A stretch of 64,000 nt of DNA from Pseudomonadota bacterium (lineage in GTDB: Bacteria > Desulfobacterota > UBA8473), in assembly GCA_043825855.1 (NCBI GenBank), contig JBDRRJ010000009.1, positions 17,866 through 81,865 of the forward strand, given 5' to 3'. Of this stretch, positions 57,423 through 64,000 are shown one piece after another (the stretch's first letter is position 1; each line of letters begins with the position of its first letter). Below the pieces are notes generated by a model. That model was not told the DNA's origin, searched no databases, and saw nothing but the letters and a program-made list of their open reading frames with translations. Both the position numbers and the translations under genes were made by a program.

Positions 57423-57585
57423 CAGACACCTCCAGAGCATCTACCGGACAATAATCTATGCAAACCAAACATTCGGTGCAGTCATCATTTACCTCCGCTT
57501 TGCCCCATGCCCAAAGTGCTTCCACAGGGCAATAGGGCATACAACTGCCACACCCCACACATTTCGCTTCATTGACATTAACCAT
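57415..57585 (-). CDS. 2x[4Fe-4S] ferredoxin (56 aa, below the ORF-track cutoff), with its stop overlapping the start of the oxidoreductase gene
   Basis: Manual translation: MVNVNEAKCVGCGSCMPYCPVEALWAWGKAEVNDDCTECLVCIDYCPVDALEVSDG. It has two CxxCxxCxxxCP motifs. Confidence 0.65.
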   Translation of the reverse strand: MVNVNEAKCVGCGSCMPYCPVEALWAWGKAEVNDDCTECLVCIDYCPVDALEVSDG

Positions 57586-57721
57586 ATCGCCTTATATCCT
57601 TTCAAAAGATTAAATGGAGAGGTTCTTGCATCTTGCCAAAATCTCTTAGACTTGTTTGTCGGAACAATAAAGCCTTAAGAATCACTTTCAAAGGCTATTT
57701 CTAATTCACGATCATGAGAAA

Positions 57722-58135
57722 TCAGGGGAGCGCAATTCGTTCCTTTATAAAATCGACGATTTCATATCCCTGAGTCCCTGGTCCAAATACCCCTGAAACG
57801 CCTTTATCCATAAGAAGCTGTGCATCTTTGCCAAAGATCCTGCCGCCGCCAATGACCAAGACCCTCTGCATGTCCTTTCTCTTTAACTGATCAACAATTT
57901 CAGGCAAAAAAAGGAGATGCGTATCACCTGACGATGCGCTCAGACCGATCACATCAACATCTTCCTGTAAAGCAACTTCCACGACTTCTTCAGTCTTTTG
58001 GAAGACGTGCATAATAACTTCCATGCCCGCACGCTGCAGCAGCGTTGCCACCAGGAAATACCCCTTGTCATGGCTTTCCAAGTCGAATTTGGTCATGAGC
58101 ACACGGATCTTCCTTTGTTTTTGATTTTGTTCCAT
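57722..58135 (-). CDS. Cobalamin (B12)-binding domain protein, small subunit of a split acyl-CoA mutase. Start trimmed to MEQNQ.
   Basis: DxHxxG motif (DLESHDKG) and GG…G Rossmann motifs. 1-nt overlap with the large-subunit stop. Confidence 0.8.
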   Translation of the reverse strand: MEQNQKQRKIRVLMTKFDLESHDKGYFLVATLLQRAGMEVIMHVFQKTEEVVEVALQEDVDVIGLSASSGDTHLLFLPEIVDQLKRKDMQRVLVIGGGRIFGKDAQLLMDKGVSGVFGPGTQGYEIVDFIKERIALP

Positions 58136-59766
58136 TACCAAACCTCCCACCCGAATACTTCTTTCAAAACCCCGCATATCTCACCCATTGTAGCCCCGCA
58201 TTTCGCTGCATCAATCATCCGTGGCGTCATATCTGCTTCCTCATCCAGGGCTGCGTCCTTGAGCCTGGAGAGACCATCATCCACCAATGTCTGATTCCGT
58301 TCCTTCTTGAACTTCTTCACTCTATCGATGATGATCTGTTCATCTTCATGATACTCATGCCCCATCGCGATCTCATCGTCCGGTTCCTCTTCTTTAAACT
58401 TGTTTACACCAACAACAATACGCTTTCCTGTCCAGACGTCATTAGAATACTCATAGGCATTCTGGGCAACCTCCGACTTTATCATGCCACTTCTGACAGC
58501 CTTACACCAACCGCCGTGATCTTCAACCCGTTTTATGCAATCCCACGTCTTTTCTTCGATCTCATTGGTCAGGGACTCAACAAAATATGAGCCCGCCAGG
58601 GGATCCACCACATTGGTGACATTGCTTTCATAACGCAAAATTTGATGAATCCTGAGAGATTGTTTAGCCGCCCTTTCACTGGGTATGGAAGCCGCCTCAT
58701 CATAGCAATCCAGAGAAAGTGCGTTTACGCCTCCCAGAACAGCGGCCAGACCCTGGATGGTAACCCTGGCAATATTGTTTAACGGTTGTTGGAGGGTCAG
58801 TGATGATCCGGAGGTCTGTACAAATATCTTTGCCCTCTGAGATTTAGGGTTTTTGGATCCAAATCGATCCCCTATGATTTTGCTCCACATCCTTCGCATT
58901 GCCCGTAGTTTACAGATCTCTTCAAAAAAATCGTTTTCGCCATTCACGTGGAAGCTGACCACAGAGGCAACTTCATCGACTGTGACACCTCTTTTGATGC
59001 ATTCCTCAATAGAGGCTATGGCGCGAGACAGGCCGAACCCCAACTCCTGTATGGCGTTGGCGCCCGCTTCCCGTATTTGGGATGTGTCCAGATTAAAATT
59101 GATGTGGGGTGTGTTTCTAACAGAATACTTGATCATGTCCGCACGAATTCGAAGGGCCCCTTCAGGTGAATACTCACGTCGGTTTTGGAGGAACCCCTCA
59201 TCCACGCAGGCCACGATATCACCGCGCATCCGTTCGATCGGGAATCCCTGATCCATTGCCTGAGCCATCCATAAGGCATACATACCGGGGGCCGAAGAAT
59301 GAGCGATGAGACTCAGATGGAGTTTTTCGAGGGGAAGCCCGTCAAGAAGTTTCCTGAAATCTTCCCTGGTGGATAGGGAGACACCACAACGGCCAACCAA
59401 GCCCCTCGCCAAAGGATCATCGGCGTCAATGGCCGCAGAGCAGCCCGGGACATCTGGGATCATATTGAAGGCAGTAATATCGAAGGCATCATATCCGCTG
59501 GAGCCTTCCTTGAACAGCATTTCCATCCTTTCTCTCGTCGCCTCAATGGTCTCAAAGCCAAACAACTGCAAAACCATCCAGGGTTGCGTGCGGTACATCT
59601 CGGGATATATGCCACGGACAAACGGGCTCTTGCCAGGATCACCAATATCCCGCTCATAATCAAAATGCTTCAAATCCTCTGGCGTATAAACAGATTTTAC
59701 CCTTATTTTTGATCTGGTGTAAAAAGAAGTGTCTTCCTTCTCTTTTGATATGTCTTTTATCTCCAT
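58135..59766 (-). CDS. Methylmalonyl-CoA mutase family protein, catalytic (substrate-binding TIM-barrel) subunit
   Basis: 543 aa with a typical MCM alpha N-terminal domain (…KSPFVRGIYPEMYRTQPWMV…). Confidence 0.8.
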   Translation of the reverse strand: MEIKDISKEKEDTSFYTRSKIRVKSVYTPEDLKHFDYERDIGDPGKSPFVRGIYPEMYRTQPWMVLQLFGFETIEATRERMEMLFKEGSSGYDAFDITAFNMIPDVPGCSAAIDADDPLARGLVGRCGVSLSTREDFRKLLDGLPLEKLHLSLIAHSSAPGMYALWMAQAMDQGFPIERMRGDIVACVDEGFLQNRREYSPEGALRIRADMIKYSVRNTPHINFNLDTSQIREAGANAIQELGFGLSRAIASIEECIKRGVTVDEVASVVSFHVNGENDFFEEICKLRAMRRMWSKIIGDRFGSKNPKSQRAKIFVQTSGSSLTLQQPLNNIARVTIQGLAAVLGGVNALSLDCYDEAASIPSERAAKQSLRIHQILRYESNVTNVVDPLAGSYFVESLTNEIEEKTWDCIKRVEDHGGWCKAVRSGMIKSEVAQNAYEYSNDVWTGKRIVVGVNKFKEEEPDDEIAMGHEYHEDEQIIIDRVKKFKKERNQTLVDDGLSRLKDAALDEEADMTPRMIDAAKCGATMGEICGVLKEVFGWEVW

Positions 59767-60107
59767 TTCTTTTTCTCCTAATTATCCGAAAAACCATCGA
59801 GCTCTAAAAACATCCAAAACCGCTAAAAATATCATGGCATCAACTAAAATTAAGTGTGTCCTGACGGCTTTTTTAAACAGCACTGAAAACCTCTGCTATT
59901 AAATTATATTTAATCTAAACTGTCAAGGGGGAATAACTGAGGCTTGAAAAATAGGATATCGTGAAAAAGAAGAGACTTGAACCTGGGAATTTCCGTAAAG
60001 AGATTCAAAGACTTCAACATTGTTTAACAAACAACATGATGGCCTTGGCTGGGGAAACTGATGCTATCTAAATTAAATAGGGTCAATTATATAGGGTCTG
60101 CGAATAT

Positions 60108-60146
60108 TTGAATTGATACTTAAAAAGATGGGATTTTCTCTATTGT
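60108..60146. repeat. Repeat family R2, copy c, immediately upstream of the small paralogous ORF
   Basis: ttgaattgatacttaaaaagatgggattttctctattgt. Confidence 0.55.
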
Positions 60147-60155
60147 GTCGACAAA

Positions 60156-60362
60156 ATGACTGGATATTATACCAATGTAACTGCATACTCTGGCTATAAA
60201 GCGAATGAAAGACCATTGTCTTTTACTATTGATGATCAAAGGCTTGAAGTTCGGGATATTGTATGCAGGTGGGCAGAGCCGGAGAAGGATTTCTTTAAGG
60301 TAATTGCTGATGATCATATAATAAAGAATCATAATGCCAAGATAAAAGACCTGACCCCTTGA
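60156..60362 (+). CDS. Small conserved hypothetical protein (68 aa), paralogue of 54411..54650 with a divergent and probably truncated C-terminus
   Basis: MTGYYTNVTAYSGYKANERPLSFTIDDQRLEVRDIVCRWAEPEKDFFKVIADD…. Confidence 0.35.
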   Translation: MTGYYTNVTAYSGYKANERPLSFTIDDQRLEVRDIVCRWAEPEKDFFKVIADDHIIKNHNAKIKDLTP

Positions 60363-60436
60363 CACATGATATCTCTCCCATTTCTTAAACGTTCACTTTA
60401 CCATGGAAGAAGATTTTCCCGAATTCAAAGCATCCA

Positions 60437-60952
60437 TTAAACAAACTCCCACCGGCACCAAAAATCATCAGCCCGTGGATCCGGCGGGCAGACAAGACAT
60501 TTGATCTTTACGTCCGGATCAATGGCTTCGGCAAAATTATTACGTTCCGTTAACCCGACCTTCTTACAAGGAAATATCTGTTGGCCATGTTTTAGCCTTA
60601 CCTCCTGGTTAGGGCAGTGGATACAGGTTTGAATGACCTTACCCGGAGAGATTTCCTCAATTTTAAACTCAAAGGCGGGATTAAAATAAGCGGTGAGAAA
60701 AAGGTTTGCGCGTGCTACGGCAAGAGGACCTTTCTCGGTAATATTCAGGGTTTTCTTTATCCTCCTGGCCTCTGCCAGTGACTGTTTTCCCCATACCAAT
60801 TCATCAAATCTGGTAGCAGTTTCCAGACCAAAATTCTTCTCGACAATTTGAAACCATAACCCATCTACCGTTAACCAATTCTTACCCAGCATCTTAATGA
60901 TATCAATCAAGGCATCTTTCGGCAGATTCTCTATTTCATCAAGAGCGTTCAT
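60437..60952 (-). CDS. Hypothetical cytosolic protein (start trimmed to MNALDEIENL, which has an aggaggg RBS)
   Basis: 171 aa with a Cys cluster near the C-terminus (CIHCPNQ…CLVCPPD). Family not recognised. Confidence 0.35.
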   Translation of the reverse strand: MNALDEIENLPKDALIDIIKMLGKNWLTVDGLWFQIVEKNFGLETATRFDELVWGKQSLAEARRIKKTLNITEKGPLAVARANLFLTAYFNPAFEFKIEEISPGKVIQTCIHCPNQEVRLKHGQQIFPCKKVGLTERNNFAEAIDPDVKIKCLVCPPDPRADDFWCRWEFV

Positions 60953-61333
60953 ATGAGCCCTCCTTCTGTTTGGATATACCCGTCGCCAACCCCCCCAGAC
61001 TTCTTCCCCGCCAATAGAACCAGCCCTTTCACATTGCCCCTGTTTATCTGGATCGGCTTTAGCGATCAATGATCTTGGTTTGCGTAGGCGGAATCCAAAC
61101 TGATGAAACATCCGTTCGTATTGGCGTCGGCAGAGTTTGGTTTGGCAGCGCTTATGCAGAGAATAGCAGAGAAGCTTTCTAACCCAGAGACCTTGGAAAA
61201 AACCACGTCAACTATCACCCCTAATTCTAACCCCTGAGGAACTGAGAACGCTGGGGCTCTTCTTGGATCCTGTTTTCCTTTGATTTCGGTTAAATGGACA
61301 TTGTATTTAACTGGCCAGGGAGATCATATAACG

Positions 61334-62974
61334 CTATTTTTCGGTCTTTCCGATCCTCCTGCGTTCATCATCTCTCACCTCGCGTCTTAAAAGCTTCCCA
61401 ACTTTGGATTTGGGGAGCATATCCCTGAACTCTATGTAATGCGGGATCTTATAAGGAGCCAACCTTTCCCGGCACCACTTGATCATTTCAGTGCCGCTCA
61501 CCCCTCTTACATCCTCTTTAGGAACAATAATTGCCTTAATACGTTCCCCGGTTCTGACATCGGGAACCCCCACGACGCACGCCTCTACTACTGCCTCATG
61601 GTCCTGAAGCACGGCTTCAATCTCGGAGGCAGAAACCCTGTAATCTTTGTATTTGATCAGGTCGGATTTCCTGTCCACATAATAAAGCTCACCGTTATCA
61701 ATTCTTAGGAAGTCGCCCGTTCTGTACCACTTTTCCCCGTTTTTCTGAATAAATGATTGAGCCGTTTCTTCTTGATTCATCCAATAATCCATCATAAAAG
61801 GTGATTTTGACAGAAGTTCACCCGTTTCCCCCTGCAAAACAGGCTCCAGACTTTCCGTATCAACAATCATTAATCCCTTGGAAGGTATGGGGCCGCCAAG
61901 ACATTTGGCCGAAGGTTCCTTATCCAGGGGGCTACAGGCAAGGAGCCCTGCCTCTGTAGAGCCATATATCTGGTAGATGGGGAGGTTGGTTAGTGTCCTG
62001 AAACTGTCAAAGGTTTCCTCCGGGAGCACGTCCCCGCCGCTCCAGCAAAATCTCAGGGACGACAGATCATAAGATTGGAGCCGGTCATTTTCCATAATCA
62101 TCCGGTAAAGTGTTGGGGTACCAAGAAATAATGTGACTTTGTGTTTCTGGATTGCCTCCAGAATGGCATCTATAACCGGCTGGGGCATGACAATGGTAGG
62201 GATGCCCAGTAATAAGTACATTAAAAACTTAGCTTGTCCCAAAAGATGAAACAGAGGAAGGACGACGATGAACACATCATTTCTCTCCAAAATATGAGAT
62301 CTTACTACTCCGTACATGTCTGTCAACAAACACATCAGTGTATCATGGGTGCTCGGCACACCCTTGGGCCGTGCGGTAGTTCCCCCGGTATACAGAATAG
62401 TGGCGAGATGTTCCTTTGGATTGATCTCTAATTTTGGAGGATTGGGCGGATATTTTCTCAACAGATCCCTGAAAAAATAGATCCCTTTTCCCTTTGAAAT
62501 CGTACCGTAAGGAACGATTTTAAAAAGCTTTCCGGCCCAGCGTTTGTACATTGGGACCAGATCTGCCAGATTTGTAATGATGATATTTCTCAGACAGGTA
62601 TTTTGGGACACCGCGAAAACATAGCCATAGTTGGTATCCTGGCAGATAATCGTTTCCGCCCCTGAATTATTAATTTGATAAGAAATCTCATAGGGCGTGT
62701 AGATGGGGGACGTAGGGACCACAACACCACCGATTTTCAATATTGCAAGGTATGCAATGATCCACTGGGGGCAATTGGGAAGGTAAAGCATCACCCTATC
62801 GTTGTCCTTTACCCCCAATTCGGTCAAAGCCCTGGCAAACCTATTGACCATCTTATTTAATCGGGCATAAGAAAATTCTTCTCCCAGATAGGTTAAAGAA
62901 GGCATATCCGAGTAGTTTTCAAATGTTTTCTCCAACCCAGGGAGCAGACCCTCGGACATTGACATATCTCTCAT
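61334..62974 (-). CDS. AMP-dependent synthetase/ligase (acyl-CoA ligase)
   Basis: AMP-binding motif YTGGTTARPKG plus the C-terminal conserved Lys region; 546 aa. Confidence 0.85.
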   Translation of the reverse strand: MRDMSMSEGLLPGLEKTFENYSDMPSLTYLGEEFSYARLNKMVNRFARALTELGVKDNDRVMLYLPNCPQWIIAYLAILKIGGVVVPTSPIYTPYEISYQINNSGAETIICQDTNYGYVFAVSQNTCLRNIIITNLADLVPMYKRWAGKLFKIVPYGTISKGKGIYFFRDLLRKYPPNPPKLEINPKEHLATILYTGGTTARPKGVPSTHDTLMCLLTDMYGVVRSHILERNDVFIVVLPLFHLLGQAKFLMYLLLGIPTIVMPQPVIDAILEAIQKHKVTLFLGTPTLYRMIMENDRLQSYDLSSLRFCWSGGDVLPEETFDSFRTLTNLPIYQIYGSTEAGLLACSPLDKEPSAKCLGGPIPSKGLMIVDTESLEPVLQGETGELLSKSPFMMDYWMNQEETAQSFIQKNGEKWYRTGDFLRIDNGELYYVDRKSDLIKYKDYRVSASEIEAVLQDHEAVVEACVVGVPDVRTGERIKAIIVPKEDVRGVSGTEMIKWCRERLAPYKIPHYIEFRDMLPKSKVGKLLRREVRDDERRRIGKTEK

Positions 62975-63047
62975 ATATGTACCTCTACCAGTTTTTCGTT
63001 TTCACGGCCAACCGTGTTGCCATCACTATTCATGGTATGTCTATTAA

Positions 63048-63815
63048 TCACATCCCTCCAAAATAGGCATCGAGCGCATCCGGGGTGTTTAAAAAGTCCT
63101 CTTGGCTTCCTTCAAAAACCATCCCCCCGCTTTCCAGGACATAACAGTAATCAATGATTGGCAAAACCGGCCTCGCATATTGTTCAAAGAGCAAAACGGT
63201 GAGCCCCAGTTCCTTATTAATCTCCTTTATCGCATTGGAGAGCCTTTCCTCCACAGCCGGAGCCAAACCCAGCAAAGGTTCATCTAGCATTAACAGCTTC
63301 GGCTGAGCCATGAGGGCCCTACCAATTGCAAGCATTTGCTGCTCCCCGCCACTTAAAAACCCTCCGCTTCGTTTCCTGAGTTTGAAGAGTTCCGGGAACA
63401 GGTCAAATACATAAGCCAGGGTCCTTTTCGCCTCTTCTTTGCGTGCCAGGAATCCGCCTATTTTCAGGTTCTGCAATGCACTGCTCTCAGGGAAGATACG
63501 TCGCCTTTCCGGACAGAGGATCAGACCTTTTTTTGCCCTTGCGCTGGGTTTTAAATTTAAAACAGATTCCCCGTTGAACTTAATTTCACCATACCAGCTG
63601 ATTCGCTCTCCTCCTCTCATCGCTTCTTTCTTTCTCATGTGCACAATCAAGCCTGAAGCAGAGCGAGCCAGAGTTGTTTTACCTGCGCTGTTGGCCCCAA
63701 AGACCCCGGTAATATTACCTGTCAGGCAACTCAAGCTGATGTTATTAACAGCAAGGGCGTTCTCATAAAAAACCATCAGATTTTCAATTTCCAATAAGGC
63801 CTTCTGTTTGGTCAT
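63048..63815 (-). CDS. Branched-chain amino acid ABC transporter ATP-binding protein (LivF-like)
   Basis: Walker A GANSAGKTT, signature LSGGEQQMLAIGRAL and Walker B LLMLDEP. Confidence 0.85.
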   Translation of the reverse strand: MTKQKALLEIENLMVFYENALAVNNISLSCLTGNITGVFGANSAGKTTLARSASGLIVHMRKKEAMRGGERISWYGEIKFNGESVLNLKPSARAKKGLILCPERRRIFPESSALQNLKIGGFLARKEEAKRTLAYVFDLFPELFKLRKRSGGFLSGGEQQMLAIGRALMAQPKLLMLDEPLLGLAPAVEERLSNAIKEINKELGLTVLLFEQYARPVLPIIDYCYVLESGGMVFEGSQEDFLNTPDALDAYFGGM

Positions 63816-64000
63816 GAAGATTTCTTTTCCTTTCCCAGATAGGCCGTTCGAACCGAGTCAAGGTTCATTACATCTTTCGGCAGACCATCAGCGAGTTTCT
63901 TGCCGAAGTTCATTACCAGTACTCTGTCCGCGACCTGGAAGAGTTCCCGGATACGATGCTCAATCATAACCAGGGTAATGCCCTTCATCCTGAGTCTTTC
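63812..64000 (-). CDS. ABC transporter ATP-binding protein (LivG-like), C-terminal fragment only. The N-terminus lies beyond the window end.
   Basis: Manual translation: …MKGITLVMIEHRIRELFQVADRVLVMNFGKKLADGLPKDVMNLDSVRTAYLGKEKKSS*. ATGA overlap with the LivF-like start. Confidence 0.55.
   Translation of the reverse strand, partial: ERLRMKGITLVMIEHRIRELFQVADRVLVMNFGKKLADGLPKDVMNLDSVRTAYLGKEKKSS

Noticed and set aside
1-64000. tRNA, tmRNA and rRNA genes
   Set aside because: I scanned for T-loop-like GGTTCGAAT/GTTCRANYC contexts and acceptor-stem symmetry and found none in intergenic regions. The only GTTCGAATC lies inside the sensor coding sequence.

Overview
This 64 kb window is from an environmental bacterium, probably deltaproteobacterial or sulfate-reducer-like. 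The evidence for that is a CcmE heme chaperone with a CxxxY rather than HxxxY motif, a tungsten-type aldehyde:ferredoxin oxidoreductase, a large HD-GYP sensor, and mid GC content. The window has four blocks.
(1) 1 to about 17.2 kb is a Mu-like transposable prophage in inverted orientation. Reading on the minus strand it carries G (partial), F, portal, TerL, gp27-like, a lysis module with a SleB-like endolysin and a glutaredoxin, Gam-like, GemA-like, MuB, MuA and Ner, followed by a divergent c repressor on the plus strand. Immediately downstream of the repressor is a ~2.9 kb cargo cassette bounded by ~62 bp imperfect direct repeats. It encodes a 4-TM membrane protein, a frameshifted GIY-YIG nuclease, a 2-TM SLATT-like protein and a translationally coupled proline-rich 43-aa peptide. 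This is my top candidate for a novel lysogeny-expressed, Rex-like exclusion system.
(2) 17.3 to 47 kb is host DNA. It contains a periplasmic-SBP/PAS/GAF/HD-GYP sensor, a membrane adenylate cyclase, an AOR flanked by two SDRs, a caspase-like lipoprotein, CopA, a geranylgeranyl reductase, a System I ccm cluster (F, E, A, B, C and a previously uncalled D), an S51-like peptidase and an Fe-S protein. It also contains two paralogous secreted Trp/Arg-rich proteins with expanding Gln/Arg/Glu tandem-repeat tails that flank an M48 lipoprotein peptidase.
(3) 47.1 to 56 kb is an AT-rich accessory island carrying two dispersed repeat families. Its genes are an ORF6N/KilA-N protein, a UDG-superfamily-like protein, an orphan BrnA-like antitoxin, a tandem pseudo-HD+HD phosphohydrolase next to an EVE-like/nuclease-like protein (second candidate defence module), a zinc-ribbon protein, a duplicated small ORF, and a COG1373 ATPase.
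(4) 56 to 64 kb is metabolic: an uncalled 4Fe-4S ferredoxin plus an FAD oxidoreductase, a split methylmalonyl-CoA mutase, an acyl-CoA ligase and Liv-type ABC ATPases.
I found no rRNA, tRNA or CRISPR. All calls come from reading the translations and the DNA by eye, with no database searches.
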